In this document: positions 37,238 through 48,099 of the stretch, piece after piece | Layout of the letters: every line of letters begins with the position of its first letter | Position numbering within the stretch: the first letter of the stretch is position 1 | Source: Bacilli bacterium | Lineage (GTDB): Bacteria > Bacillota_I > Bacilli_A > RF39 > UBA660 | DNA length: 64,000 nucleotides | Direction of reading: 5' to 3' | Assembly: GCA_017428485.1 (NCBI GenBank) | Contig: JAFRQT010000026.1 | Location: 8,699 to 72,698 of the forward strand | Notes under the pieces: model-generated | The model's input: only the letters and a program-made list of their open reading frames with translations | Told to the model about the DNA's origin: nothing | The model's database searches: none | Translations under genes and position numbers: made by a program

Positions 37238-38032
37238 TTGAATAATTTAAAAAGTTATTTTAAAAAAATTGATAATTTATCACATGCATTTCTTATTGGA
37301 AATGTTGTTTTTGATGAAATAGAAAAAGATCTAGAAGAAATAGTAGAAAAGAGAATAATGTTTAAAGATAGTATAAATCTAAGAGAAAATCCAGATATAT
37401 ATTATTATGATCAAGATGAAAAATTAATAAAAAAAGAGGAGATAAAAGAGTTATTAGAAAATTTGTCAATAACATCTCAAATAAGTAATTCTAAAATATA
37501 TATAATAAACGGAAGTGAAAAACTATCAGATGTTGTTGCAAATGCAATATTAAAAACATTAGAAGAACCTGCAAGTAACATATATGCATTTTTAATAACA
37601 AAAAATGTAGATTCTGTAAAAGAAACAATTAAAAGTAGATGTCAAAAAATAATAATTAATTCATCAAACTATAATAAAAAATATGATGAAAAAGAATCCG
37701 AAATCGCAGACTATTTAATTAAGAGTATAGAAAATAATAATATTAAAAGCATTGCTTTAAATGCGGATATTTATAATAAAATAGAAAGTCGAGAAATGTT
37801 TAAAAAAATTATGGAAATATTATTAGATAAATATAACAATATTTTAAACATAATTATTGCAAATGATACAAATTATAAAGAAAATAGTGAAATTATATTA
37901 AATAATGATATAATAACGTTGTCAAAGAAATTATTAGTTATTAATAATTTTCAAGAATTATTGGATAATTATTTAAATAAAAATTCGATAATAGATAGAT
38001 TTATTATAGAAATGTGGAGATGTAATAAATGA
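37238..38032 (+). CDS. holB: DNA polymerase III delta-prime subunit
   Basis: SHAFLIGN, ILKTLEEP and SRCQKI blocks. TTG 37238 lies 5 nt after AAGGAGGA and is in frame with track ORF 37220..38032. Confidence 0.8.
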   Translation: MNNLKSYFKKIDNLSHAFLIGNVVFDEIEKDLEEIVEKRIMFKDSINLRENPDIYYYDQDEKLIKKEEIKELLENLSITSQISNSKIYIINGSEKLSDVVANAILKTLEEPASNIYAFLITKNVDSVKETIKSRCQKIIINSSNYNKKYDEKESEIADYLIKSIENNNIKSIALNADIYNKIESREMFKKIMEILLDKYNNILNIIIANDTNYKENSEIILNNDIITLSKKLLVINNFQELLDNYLNKNSIIDRFIIEMWRCNK

Positions 38033-38829
38033 AGTGCATAGGAGTAGAATTTAAAGAAAAAGGTAAACAATATACTTTTGATATTAATAATTTAGATATA
38101 AACATCGGCGATGATGTAATTGTAGAAACAGAAAGAGGTTTACAATTTGGTAAAGCAGTTGTTTATTATGGTGAAATTAATGATGGAAAAGAACATGCAA
38201 AAGTATTAAAGGTAGCAACAAAAAAGGATGCCGAACAAAATAAAAAAAACATTTTCGAAGCTGCTAAAGCATTAGAAAAAGCACAATCATTAGCAGATGA
38301 ATTATCTCTTGATATGAAATTTTTAGAATCATTTTATACATTTGATAGAAAGCAATTAGTATTTCAATTTTTAGCCGATAATAGAGTTGATTTTAGAGAA
38401 CTTGCCAAATCATTAGCGGCAATATATAAAACAAGGATTGAATTAAGGCAAGTTGGAGTTCGTGATAAAGCAAAAGAAATATCTGGAATAGGACCTTGTG
38501 GTAGAAAACTTTGCTGCTCAAATTTTTTAAATGATTTAGATTCTGTTGGTATAGCTCAAGTAAAAAATCAAAATCTAGCATTAAATCCAAGTAAAATAAA
38601 TGGTTTATGTGGAAGATTGTTGTGCTGTTTAAAATTTGAAGATGATTTATATACTGAATTTAGAAGAGATTTGCCTGAAATAGGTGATACTGTAAAAAAT
38701 GGTGATGATGAAGGAACTGTAACTAGCGTTGACATTCCAAATAGAAAGTATACATTTATAACTGAAGATGGAAATAAAATAGAAGTAAAGGTGCCATTTA
38801 AGAATGAATGCAGAAGAAAAGGTAATTAA
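38029..38829 (+). CDS. ricT: PSP1-domain protein YaaT/RicT (stage 0 sporulation regulator complex)
   Basis: PSP1 core with a Cys cluster GPCGRKLCCSNFL..LCGRLLCCLKFE. Conserved position after holB. Confidence 0.85.
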   Translation: MKCIGVEFKEKGKQYTFDINNLDINIGDDVIVETERGLQFGKAVVYYGEINDGKEHAKVLKVATKKDAEQNKKNIFEAAKALEKAQSLADELSLDMKFLESFYTFDRKQLVFQFLADNRVDFRELAKSLAAIYKTRIELRQVGVRDKAKEISGIGPCGRKLCCSNFLNDLDSVGIAQVKNQNLALNPSKINGLCGRLLCCLKFEDDLYTEFRRDLPEIGDTVKNGDDEGTVTSVDIPNRKYTFITEDGNKIEVKVPFKNECRRKGN

Positions 38830-39538
38830 TGATTTAGTTTATTTTAAAAATATTAAAATAGTTCAAAATAAAAACTATTTTAATTTTAGTTTGGACTCAA
38901 TATTATTACCTAACTTTGTAGTTTTAAATCCAAGTACAAAAAAGATAATTGATTTGTGTACTGGAAATATTCCAGTTCCATTAATATTATCTTTAATGAC
39001 TGATGCTGAAATATATGCAGTAGAATTACAAAAAGAAATATATGATTTAGCAAAAGAAACATTAAAGATAAATTGTTTAGAAGATAGAATCAAACTATTA
39101 AATATTGATGTTAAAGATGTATCAACAAAATTTGAAACAGATTCATTTGATATTATTACATGTAATCCTCCGTATTTTAAAAAAGATGAAAAAAGTATTA
39201 TTAATGATAATGAAATTAAATCCATTGCTAGACATGAAATAAAACTTACTTTGGAAGATATAATTAAGGTTAGTAAGAAACTATTAAAAAATGGTGGTTC
39301 TTTAAATATTATACATAGGACAGACAGATTAATCGAAATAATAGATTTGATGAAGAAAAATAACATTGAGCCAAAAAGAATAAGATTTATATATCCTAAA
39401 TTAAATAGTGAATCTAATTTAGTTTTGATAGATGGAAGAAAAAATGGAAAAACCGGTTTAAAAATACTACCACCTTTATATGTACATAATGAAGATGGCA
39501 GTTACACTGACGAAGTAATGAAGATGTTTGGGAAGTGA
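38804..39538 (+). CDS. SAM-dependent N6-adenine methyltransferase, YabB/TrmN6-like
   Basis: The ITCNPPYF (NPPY) motif and the position between yaaT and rsmI. Confidence 0.72.
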   Translation: MNAEEKVINDLVYFKNIKIVQNKNYFNFSLDSILLPNFVVLNPSTKKIIDLCTGNIPVPLILSLMTDAEIYAVELQKEIYDLAKETLKINCLEDRIKLLNIDVKDVSTKFETDSFDIITCNPPYFKKDEKSIINDNEIKSIARHEIKLTLEDIIKVSKKLLKNGGSLNIIHRTDRLIEIIDLMKKNNIEPKRIRFIYPKLNSESNLVLIDGRKNGKTGLKILPPLYVHNEDGSYTDEVMKMFGK

Positions 39539-39542
39539 TAAT

Positions 39543-40379
39543 ATGCAAAAAAGTTATGAAAATAGTATATATGGAAAACTATATATAATACCAACTCCAA
39601 TAGGTAATTTAGATGATATTACCATAAGAGCAATTAATACATTAAAGGAAGTAGATATTATTTATGCTGAAGATACTAGAGAAACACTAAATTTATTAAA
39701 AAAATTAAATATAACAAAAAAGGTTGAATCTTGTCATAAATATACTGAAATGCTACATTTAGAAAAAATAATTAATATATTAAAAAGCGGTCAAAATATA
39801 GGATATGTAACAGATAGAGGAACTCCTCTTATAAGTGATCCTGGCAATTATATTGTTGAAAATGCAATAAAAGAAAACATCACAGTTATTGCATTGCCTG
39901 GAGCTAGTGCTTTATTACCAGCATTAAATATGTCTGGTCTTTCTAATGAAAGATTTTTGTTTTATGGTTTTCTAGATAGTAAACCTAATATTGCTAAACA
40001 AGAATTAATAAACATTAAAGATATAAAATACACAATTATATTTTATGAATCTCCACATAGAATAGAAAGAACATTGAATCTAATGTTAAATGTTCTAGGA
40101 GATAGAAAAATAGCAATAGTTAGAGAAATATCAAAAATATATGAAGAAGTAATTAGAGATAATATTAGTAATATAATAAAAATATGTGATAAAATAATAG
40201 GTGAAATAGTAATAGTAATTGAAGGCAGTAAAGAAGAAGAAAAGAATATTAATTACAAAGATAAAATAGATGAATTAATAAATAAAGGGTATTCTAAAAA
40301 AGATGCCGTAAAGGAAATTGCTGATTGCTATAACATTAGTAAAAATAAATTATATAATGAATATATAAAGGAGCATTAG
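39543..40379 (+). CDS. rsmI: 16S rRNA (cytidine1402-2'-O)-methyltransferase
   Basis: Tetrapyrrole-methylase fold blocks LYIIPTPIGNLDDIT, AEDTR and ISDPG. Confidence 0.9.
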   Translation: MQKSYENSIYGKLYIIPTPIGNLDDITIRAINTLKEVDIIYAEDTRETLNLLKKLNITKKVESCHKYTEMLHLEKIINILKSGQNIGYVTDRGTPLISDPGNYIVENAIKENITVIALPGASALLPALNMSGLSNERFLFYGFLDSKPNIAKQELINIKDIKYTIIFYESPHRIERTLNLMLNVLGDRKIAIVREISKIYEEVIRDNISNIIKICDKIIGEIVIVIEGSKEEEKNINYKDKIDELINKGYSKKDAVKEIADCYNISKNKLYNEYIKEH

Positions 40380-40380
40380 C

Positions 40381-40944
40381 ATGAAGTTAATTGTAGGATT
40401 GGGTAATCCAGATAAAAAGTATGAAAAAACAAGACACAATTGTGGGTTTAGAGCAATTGATTTTTATGCTGAAAAAAACAACCTTACATTCAAGAGTAAA
40501 TATAATGGACTATATTCAGAGAATATTATAAATGGTGAAAAAATATTATTATTAAAGCCTCAAACATATATGAATTTATCAGGTACTTCAGTTATTAAAT
40601 ATATGAAATTTTATAATTTAGATTTAAAAGATTTATTAGTGATTTATGATGATGTGGATTTTGAAATAGGCACATTTAAAATTAAAAGAGGAGGATCTTC
40701 TGGTGGACATAATGGAATGAAAAATATAATTGACAATTTAAAAACGGAAGACATTCAAAGAGTAAGAATTGGTATTTCTAAAAATAATATAGAGTTAATG
40801 GACTATGTATTAGGAAAATTTTCAAAATCAGAGGATAAATTATTAAATGCAATATTGCCTACTATATCAGATATTATCGATGATTTTTCTAATTATGATA
40901 TTGATAAATTAATGGAGAAATATAATAAAAATAATGAAAAATAG
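40381..40944 (+). CDS. pth: peptidyl-tRNA hydrolase
   Basis: MKLIVGLGNP..Y..TRHN and GGHNGMKNI motifs. Confidence 0.94.
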   Translation: MKLIVGLGNPDKKYEKTRHNCGFRAIDFYAEKNNLTFKSKYNGLYSENIINGEKILLLKPQTYMNLSGTSVIKYMKFYNLDLKDLLVIYDDVDFEIGTFKIKRGGSSGGHNGMKNIIDNLKTEDIQRVRIGISKNNIELMDYVLGKFSKSEDKLLNAILPTISDIIDDFSNYDIDKLMEKYNKNNEK

Positions 40945-43900
40945 TCTATATTTAGATTTATTTAATTTTGATATTAACAGCTTTAAAAAAGTATATGTTA
41001 GTAAGAATGAAATATATAATCAATTCATGTTATATATGTTTTTTTCTTATAATAAAAATATTTTATTAGTAGTTCCTACGTTAAATGAAGCAACTGAAAT
41101 ATATAATGAATTAAAAAAATATATTGAGGAAGTATATTTATTTCCTGAAGATGACTTTATGACTAAAAAAGCAATAGCAAGTTCTCCTGAATTTTTATTT
41201 ATGAGAGCTAACTTATTGAATAAATTTAGTAATAATGATAAAAAGATAATAATAGTTCATTTAAATAGTTTTATTAAAAAGATACCAGATATTAAAGAAT
41301 ATAAATCAAAAAAAATAAAAATTAATACTGGTGATAAAATTAATAGAGATGAATTAATCAAGAAATTATTGGAAATTGGTTATAAAAAAGAAAGTATGGT
41401 ATATGATACATCTGACTTTTCAGTTAGAGGTTTTGTAATAGATATATTTCCAATTAATAAAGATAAACCGATAAGAATAGAATTTTTTGATGATGAAGTA
41501 GAGAAAATAAAATTTTTTGACACAATTACTCAAAAAGCTATTAAAGAAATAAGTAATGTTGAAATATGTTCTATAAAAGACGATTTCGGATCTAATAATT
41601 CTACTATAAGAGATTATATAGATGATGGCATGGTTTTATTCCATAATTATCATCAATTACTTAACCAAGAGAAGATGATTAAACCACAATTAAAATATTT
41701 AAATATTGAAAATGAAATTGTAAGTGTATCTAACTTAGTAGATAAAAAGAAAGATATTTTTATAGATACTATTAATAATAAAGATAAAGATTTAAGTATT
41801 GAGGCAAAAAGTATTGATAATTATAATTCAAATAAAGAATTGTTCTTAAGTGACTTATCAAAAAATAATGCAGTTATATATAGTAAAAATAAACAGCTTA
41901 ACAAAGAAATTAATAAATATGATAAAAATATTAATATAGTTGAAGATAATTTAAATCATGGATTTATATACAATAAAAAATATTATTATTCTGAATTTGA
42001 TTTATATGAAAATAGTTATAAAAAAGACATATTTAAGAGTTCAAACTATGGAAGTAAAATAAGTTCCATAGATAATATTAATGTAGGAGATTATGTAGTT
42101 CATAGAAAATCAGGAATCGGAATATATATGGGGATTACTACAATAGAGAAAAATGGATTAAAAAAAGATTATTTATTAATTCAATATAAAGGTAATGATA
42201 AATTATATATGCCAGTAGAAGATATATCTAAATTATATAAGTATTCTGCTAAAGAAGGCGCAAAACCAACAATTAATAAATTGAATAGTATTGAATGGAC
42301 TAAAACAAAATTAAAAATCAAAGAAAGAATTAAGAATATAACTGGTGAATTACTTAAAATATATAAAGAAAGAAATAAAGCTACAGTTGAAGGATTTAAA
42401 CCGGATGATGAAGAGCAAATAATGTTTGAATCAGAGTTTCAATATGAAGAAACTACTGATCAATTAAAATGTTCTGAAGAAATTAAAAAGGATCTTGAAA
42501 ATAATAGACCAATGGAAAGGCTATTATGTGGTGATGTTGGATATGGTAAAACAGAAGTAATATTTAGAGCAATATTTAAAACTATTATGAATGGCAAACA
42601 AGTAGCATATCTATGTCCTACAACACTACTTTCTCATCAACAATATGATTCAGCTAAAGAAAGATTTAAAAATTATGGAATAAATATAGATATCATTAAT
42701 AGGCATTATACTAATAAGCAAGTTCAAGAAAAAATAAAAAAACTAAAAGAAGGAAAAACCGATTTAGTTTTTGGGACACATAGGTTATTAAGTAATGATG
42801 TTGGTTATAAAGATTTAGGCCTTCTTGTTATAGATGAAGAACATCGTTTTGGTGTAGAACAAAAAGAAAAAATAAAGCAATTAAAATCTAATGTCCATGT
42901 TTTATCTGTATCAGCAACACCTATACCAAGATCATTACAAATGTCTTTAGTTGGTATAAGAGATTTATCATTAATTGAAAGTGCACCTAAAAATAGATAT
43001 CCGGTTCAGACATATGTTATTGAATATAATGAAATGCTTTTAAGGGAAGTAATACTCAATGAGAAGTCTAGAGGTGGGCAAGCATTTATTTTGTACAATA
43101 ATATTACAAATATGAGTGAACTTTTAAAAAAATATGAGAAACTTATTCCTGAAGCAAGATTCTGTTTTGCCCATGGAAAAATGGCGAAAGATGAAATGCA
43201 AGATGTTATATATGACTTTACTAATAAAAAATATGATGTTTTAATTAGTACCACAATAATAGAAAATGGAATAGATATTCCAAATGCTAATACTATTATT
43301 GTTATTGATAGTGATAGATTTGGATTAAGTCAGTTATATCAAATTAGAGGTAGAGTTGGAAGAAGTGATAGGATTGCTTACGCTTATTTAATGTATAAAA
43401 AAGAAAAAATACTTAATAGTACTGCCATTAAAAGACTTGAAGCAATTAAGGAATTTACTGAACTTGGAAGTGGATATAAAATATCATTAAGAGATCTTGC
43501 TATTAGGGGAGCAGGGGATATTTTGGGTAAAGAACAGGCAGGATTTATTGATTCTGTTGGTGTAAATATGTATTTAGATTTAATAAATGAGGAAGTAAAT
43601 GGAATAAATTTGGATGATGAAAAGGAAGAAAAAGATGTAATACCTATAGATGTTGAAACACATATTGGAAAAGAGTATAGTGATGAAAGCGATATTATTA
43701 TTGAATTACATAAAAAGATAAATGGTATTACAAATAAAAAAGAACTAAGTGAAGTGCTAAGTGAAATAAAGGATAGATTTGGTATTACAAATGAAAAATT
43801 AATATTATATGCACATGAAAAGTATATTGAAAAACTATTATCAATAACAACAATAAAAATAGTTGAAAATGATAAACTAAAATGTGTATTAAAAATTAAT

Positions 43901-44092
43901 AAAGAAACAGTAGATACTTTAAATGTTGAAAAATTGTTTGTTGAATCAACAAAAATAACTACTAAATTTAACTTTGCTTATAAGAGCAATAGTATATTTA
44001 TAACATTACTAAAAGCTAATTTAGAAAAGAATTATATGTACTATATTGAAGATCTATTAGAAGTTATTTATAAGCAGAAATTCTTAGTATAA
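40934..44092 (+). CDS. mfd: transcription-repair coupling factor
   Basis: CarD/RID domain (GDYVVHRKSGIG), SF2 helicase motifs GDVGYGKTEV, DEEHRFG and QLYQIRGRVGRS, plus a TRG motif region. Confidence 0.95.
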   Translation: MKNSLYLDLFNFDINSFKKVYVSKNEIYNQFMLYMFFSYNKNILLVVPTLNEATEIYNELKKYIEEVYLFPEDDFMTKKAIASSPEFLFMRANLLNKFSNNDKKIIIVHLNSFIKKIPDIKEYKSKKIKINTGDKINRDELIKKLLEIGYKKESMVYDTSDFSVRGFVIDIFPINKDKPIRIEFFDDEVEKIKFFDTITQKAIKEISNVEICSIKDDFGSNNSTIRDYIDDGMVLFHNYHQLLNQEKMIKPQLKYLNIENEIVSVSNLVDKKKDIFIDTINNKDKDLSIEAKSIDNYNSNKELFLSDLSKNNAVIYSKNKQLNKEINKYDKNINIVEDNLNHGFIYNKKYYYSEFDLYENSYKKDIFKSSNYGSKISSIDNINVGDYVVHRKSGIGIYMGITTIEKNGLKKDYLLIQYKGNDKLYMPVEDISKLYKYSAKEGAKPTINKLNSIEWTKTKLKIKERIKNITGELLKIYKERNKATVEGFKPDDEEQIMFESEFQYEETTDQLKCSEEIKKDLENNRPMERLLCGDVGYGKTEVIFRAIFKTIMNGKQVAYLCPTTLLSHQQYDSAKERFKNYGINIDIINRHYTNKQVQEKIKKLKEGKTDLVFGTHRLLSNDVGYKDLGLLVIDEEHRFGVEQKEKIKQLKSNVHVLSVSATPIPRSLQMSLVGIRDLSLIESAPKNRYPVQTYVIEYNEMLLREVILNEKSRGGQAFILYNNITNMSELLKKYEKLIPEARFCFAHGKMAKDEMQDVIYDFTNKKYDVLISTTIIENGIDIPNANTIIVIDSDRFGLSQLYQIRGRVGRSDRIAYAYLMYKKEKILNSTAIKRLEAIKEFTELGSGYKISLRDLAIRGAGDILGKEQAGFIDSVGVNMYLDLINEEVNGINLDDEKEEKDVIPIDVETHIGKEYSDESDIIIELHKKINGITNKKELSEVLSEIKDRFGITNEKLILYAHEKYIEKLLSITTIKIVENDKLKCVLKINKETVDTLNVEKLFVESTKITTKFNFAYKSNSIFITLLKANLEKNYMYYIEDLLEVIYKQKFLV

Positions 44093-44131
44093 AAAGATAA
44101 AATGATATCACAATATAACTAGGGTGATTGA

Positions 44132-44629
44132 ATGAATCAAACTGGTATCATAAGAAAAATAGATGATTTAGGGCGTATAGTATTACCAAAAGAATTAAGA
44201 AAGCATTTAAATATTAATTCAGGCGATGACTTTCAAATTTTATTAGATGGTGAAAGAATAATTTTAGAAAAATATTCATATTTAAAAAAATATAATAAAG
44301 AACTATTAAAAATAATAGATTGTTTCAATGAAATTAAAAATTATGATATAAATTTGATAATAAATAATAAAATAATTAATAAAGACAACATTGTAATAAA
44401 TAATAAATATATTGATATTATTAAGGAAAGAAAAATATATATAAATGATTTAGTTTCAAAAATAGAAATATCTAAAAACATAATTAAAGAGGGAAAATTA
44501 GTAATATATCCAATTGTAATAAATAGTGATTTACTGGGTTCAATATTAATAATATCTAATGATAAAATAGAAAACGTATTAAACTATGCTAAAGTAATTA
44601 ACAATTTGATTAAGAACTATTATATATAA
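44132..44629 (+). CDS. spoVT: stage V sporulation protein T (AbrB-type N-domain + GAF-like C-domain)
   Basis: TGIIRKIDDLGRIVLPKELRK SpoVT/AbrB swapped-hairpin motif. Length and position after mfd are as in Bacillus. Confidence 0.8.
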   Translation: MNQTGIIRKIDDLGRIVLPKELRKHLNINSGDDFQILLDGERIILEKYSYLKKYNKELLKIIDCFNEIKNYDINLIINNKIINKDNIVINNKYIDIIKERKIYINDLVSKIEISKNIIKEGKLVIYPIVINSDLLGSILIISNDKIENVLNYAKVINNLIKNYYI

Positions 44630-44716
44630 TGTAAAAAAATGTAAAATTTTTGATTATTTTGTCTTTCATATTGAAAATGAAAATGCTAAAATGATAAAAT
44701 TTCAATGTGATTATTT

Positions 44717-44914
44717 ATGAATAAAATTAAAGATGTAGTAAAAAAACATGCATTATTTTTATTTGTAGTATCTAATATAATTGTTGCAATAGTATTTGGA
44801 GTAATAATAATAAAATATAAGTTGATACTATTTCATATCTTATCAATTTCTATTGTGATATATTATATATTTAAAGTTATATATTATAAGATATTTGGAG
44901 TTTTAGATGATTGA
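44717..44914 (+). CDS. hypothetical small membrane protein
   Basis: 65-aa ORF with two hydrophobic segments. Overlaps the tatD start by 8 nt, suggesting coupling. Confidence 0.35.
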   Translation: MNKIKDVVKKHALFLFVVSNIIVAIVFGVIIIKYKLILFHILSISIVIYYIFKVIYYKIFGVLDD

Positions 44915-45647
44915 TTCTCATGCGCATATTTTAAATGAATATTATGACAATATTTATTCACTGATAATAGATTTAAAAGAAAAGAATGTTATTAATGTAA
45001 TAAATTGTGCAGATAATATTAATACTTCAAAAGAAGTGATTGAGTCATATGATAAATATGATAATTTTTTATTGCCTGCAGTTGGAATACATCCACAAAA
45101 CGTGTACAACTATAATATTAATGAATTAGAGGAATTAATTAAAAATAATAAAGTATATGCAATTGGTGAGATAGGATTAGATTATTATTATGATAAAGAA
45201 AGTAAAGATGATCAAATAAAATTATTTAATCTTCAATTAGGTCTTGCGGAAAAATACAAATTACCAATAATAGTTCATACAAGAGATTCAATACAAGATT
45301 GTTTTGATATATTAAAAAAACATAAATTAAAAGGTGTTATTCATTGTTTTAGTGGCAGTTATGAGATGGCTAAGGAATTTATAAAAATAGGATATAAACT
45401 TGGAATAGGTGGAGTATTAACTTTTAAAAATTCAAAACTATATGAAGTGATTGAAAAAATTAATTTAAAAGATATTTTATTAGAGACAGATAGTCCTTAT
45501 CTTTCACCCGAACCATATAGAGGTAAAAAAAATAATCCATATAATATATATTATGTTGCTAAAAAAATAGCAGAAATTAAAAATATATCAATTGATGAAG
45601 TGATTAATGAAACAACTCGTAATTGTAGGGAGATTTTTGACATTTAA
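44907..45647 (+). CDS. tatD: TatD-family metal-dependent DNase/hydrolase
   Basis: DSHAH start motif, GEIGLDYYY, HTRD, and LLETDSPYL. Confidence 0.88.
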   Translation: MIDSHAHILNEYYDNIYSLIIDLKEKNVINVINCADNINTSKEVIESYDKYDNFLLPAVGIHPQNVYNYNINELEELIKNNKVYAIGEIGLDYYYDKESKDDQIKLFNLQLGLAEKYKLPIIVHTRDSIQDCFDILKKHKLKGVIHCFSGSYEMAKEFIKIGYKLGIGGVLTFKNSKLYEVIEKINLKDILLETDSPYLSPEPYRGKKNNPYNIYYVAKKIAEIKNISIDEVINETTRNCREIFDI

Positions 45648-45684
45648 TATTTCTTATTATATAATTTAGTTACGGAGAAGTAGC

Positions 45685-46239
45685 ATGAAAAAATATATAA
45701 TAAACAATATTATTAAGACAATTGAAACAATAGTCATTTTTACTATACTAATGTTTATTAATGATACGACTTTCACTGAAAAGTCTCTTTCTGTTGCAAT
45801 GAATGATAATCTTGAAAAAACAGTTGATAAGAATGTTATTCAAGCTTCTCAGGACGAATTATATAAAGAAGGAATATATAATCCTATATATACATTTATG
45901 GGTGAATTAACTGGATATGCTGGTGACTGTGCATTGTGTACAGGATACTTAGCTTGCCCACCAAGAACCAATGTGTTAAAAAAAGGTATTTATTATAATG
46001 ATAAAACTTATGGAACTGTTCGTATAGTTGCCAGCAGTAGAAATTATCCTTGTGGAACTATACTTAAATTTAATGTAAAAAAACTATCAGATGAACCTAT
46101 TATTGCAATTATTCTTGATAGAGGTGTTGGTGGCAATGTAATAGATTTATTAACTGAGAGTGAAGATTATGCCATTAAACACGTTGGAAGAGTTAGAAAA
46201 CTCGAGTTTGAAGTATTGAGAGAAGGATGGAAAAAATAA
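45685..46239 (+). CDS. 3D-domain (DPBB, MltA/YabE-like) secreted protein
   Basis: N-terminal TM segment. C-terminal TGYAGDCALCTG..VASS..PCGT..DRG pattern typical of 3D domains. Same position as yabE. Confidence 0.62.
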   Translation: MKKYIINNIIKTIETIVIFTILMFINDTTFTEKSLSVAMNDNLEKTVDKNVIQASQDELYKEGIYNPIYTFMGELTGYAGDCALCTGYLACPPRTNVLKKGIYYNDKTYGTVRIVASSRNYPCGTILKFNVKKLSDEPIIAIILDRGVGGNVIDLLTESEDYAIKHVGRVRKLEFEVLREGWKK

Positions 46240-47012
46240 TGAATTTTGATTTCAAAAAATCATTAGGCCAAAATTTTTTAAGAGATAATAATATTATTAA
46301 AAAAATATCAGATACAATTGATTCAAATAAAGATGATTTAATTATAGAAATTGGTCCAGGTGCTGGAGCATTAACAAAAGAATTGGTAAAAAAAGAATCT
46401 GATATTATTTGTTTTGAAATAGATGAAAGGTTAAAAAGTGTATTGTCTGAAATCAAATCAGATAAATTAAGCATTGTATTTAAAGATTTTTTAAAAATAA
46501 ACATAAGCGATTATATTAATAAGGAATATAAAAGAATTTTTTTTGTTGGTAATTTACCATACTATATAACTACAGCGATTATTAATAAAATAGTATTTGA
46601 AAGTAACCCATATGAAATAATAATAATGATTCAAAAAGAAGTAGCGGAGAGATTTATGGCAAAACCAAATTCAAAAGAATATGGTTCTTTAAGTGTATTT
46701 CTACAATATAATTTTGATATTGAAAAAATAAGCTTAGTTAGTAAGAATTGCTTTATACCTGTTCCAAAAGTTGACAGCATGGTTATTAAACTTAAAAATA
46801 ATAAAAAAACCGGTATTAAAAATGAAGAAAAATTTTATAAGTTAGTTAAAGATGCATTTAAACAAAAGAGAAAAAATTTAAGAAACAATTTAAAAAATTA
46901 TAATTTAGATAATATAGAAAAAATACTAAATAGTTTTAATAAAGACTTAACATATAGGGCTGAAGAAATAACATTAGATGAATTTATGGAAATATCTAAT
47001 CATATTGATTAG
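46239..47012 (+). CDS. rsmA: 16S rRNA (adenine1518/1519-N6)-dimethyltransferase
   Basis: KKSLGQNFL, EIGPGAGALT and GNLPYYITT. ATG 46239 overlaps the upstream TAA (TAATG). Confidence 0.9.
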   Translation: MNFDFKKSLGQNFLRDNNIIKKISDTIDSNKDDLIIEIGPGAGALTKELVKKESDIICFEIDERLKSVLSEIKSDKLSIVFKDFLKINISDYINKEYKRIFFVGNLPYYITTAIINKIVFESNPYEIIIMIQKEVAERFMAKPNSKEYGSLSVFLQYNFDIEKISLVSKNCFIPVPKVDSMVIKLKNNKKTGIKNEEKFYKLVKDAFKQKRKNLRNNLKNYNLDNIEKILNSFNKDLTYRAEEITLDEFMEISNHID

Positions 47013-47068
47013 ATTTTTTTATTGTAATTATTCCATTTATAAAACATATAAATAAATTAGGGGTACAT

Positions 47069-47818
47069 ATGTTTAAAATTGGAGATTATGTGACAAGAAG
47101 AAAACATAATAATGATATAGTTTTTAAAATAGTTAAAATAGATAAAAATATTGTTTATTTAATGGGGGCAGATGTAAGACTTTTCGCTAATTCAACAATA
47201 GATGATTTAGTAGAATGCAAATATTGTAAAAAAAAAGAAAATTTTGACATAAAAAGAGAATTAAATATAAGCAAGTATTTCTATATTCCGGGCAAAGTGC
47301 TACATGTTGATACAGATGAAGAATATATGGATAGATGTGAAAAATATTATCGAAGTCAAAAAGTAAGATGTTTTGTCTATCACTTCAATATTAAAGACTT
47401 TGAAAAAAATATTATTAATCTGATAGAAAAAAATAATCCTGATATAGTAGTTATAACTGGACATGATGCATATTATAAAAATGAGAATAAATATTTGAAC
47501 AGTGATTACTATATTAGAACAGTTAAGAAAATAAGACAAAAATATAAAAATTATAATGATTTAATAATTATTGCCGGAGCCTGTCAAAGCAATTATGAGG
47601 GATTAATGATGTCTGGAGCAAATTTTGCATCAAGCCCAACACATTCAAATATACATGCCCTTGATCCTGCAATAATTGCTGCAGACGTTTCATATTCAAA
47701 TATTGACAAAAAAATAGACATAGAGAAAATATTAAATGATACTAACTACGGCAGTAAAGGTTTTGGTGGAATAATAATTAATGGAATAATGAAGTATGGA
47801 TTTCCAAGAAAGGAATAA
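47069..47818 (+). CDS. yabG: sporulation-specific peptidase YabG
   Basis: MFKIGDYVTRRKHNNDIVFKIV.. N-terminus and VVITGHDA..GACQS blocks characteristic of YabG. Confidence 0.85.
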   Translation: MFKIGDYVTRRKHNNDIVFKIVKIDKNIVYLMGADVRLFANSTIDDLVECKYCKKKENFDIKRELNISKYFYIPGKVLHVDTDEEYMDRCEKYYRSQKVRCFVYHFNIKDFEKNIINLIEKNNPDIVVITGHDAYYKNENKYLNSDYYIRTVKKIRQKYKNYNDLIIIAGACQSNYEGLMMSGANFASSPTHSNIHALDPAIIAADVSYSNIDKKIDIEKILNDTNYGSKGFGGIIINGIMKYGFPRKE

Positions 47819-47820
47819 AA

Positions 47821-48036
47821 TTGAATATTGATAAAATAAAAAATAAAATTATAAATATCAAAGATGAAAAACTAAAGATTAAAGTAAACATAGGCAGAAA
47901 TAAATATGAATATTATGAAGGCACAATAGATAAAATATATCAAAATATTTTTACTGTTAGTACTAATAAAGGAATTAAGTCTTTTTCATATTCTGACATA
48001 GCAACAAAGGCAGTGATATTGAGCAAATTTAATTAA
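47821..48036 (+). CDS. veg: Veg protein
   Basis: 71 aa with a TTG start. The G.I..Y...F.V....G..SFSYSDI pattern and the position before spoVG. Confidence 0.78.
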   Translation: MNIDKIKNKIINIKDEKLKIKVNIGRNKYEYYEGTIDKIYQNIFTVSTNKGIKSFSYSDIATKAVILSKFN

Positions 48037-48041
48037 AAATA

Positions 48042-48070
48042 TTGCTATTAAAAAAGAATTGTATTATAAT
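48042..48070 (+). promoter_or_regulatory. sigma-A-like promoter upstream of spoVG
   Basis: TTGCTA, a 17-bp spacer, then TATAAT, about 30 nt before the AAGGAGG RBS. Confidence 0.45.
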
Positions 48071-48099
48071 TATAGTAGCTAAATGTTAAGGAGGTACTT

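Noticed and set aside
38875-39366. Long antisense ORFs in the track, including 38875-39366, 59737-60270, 61183-61644, 51342-51689, 36412-36699, 46193-46504, 32781-33098, 54079-54375, 7553-7882, 8195-8419 and 12261-12522.
   Set aside because: Each lies opposite a strongly supported conserved gene. Their translations are low-complexity S/L/I/F-rich, the mirror image of K/E/N-rich AT-biased coding. None has an RBS.
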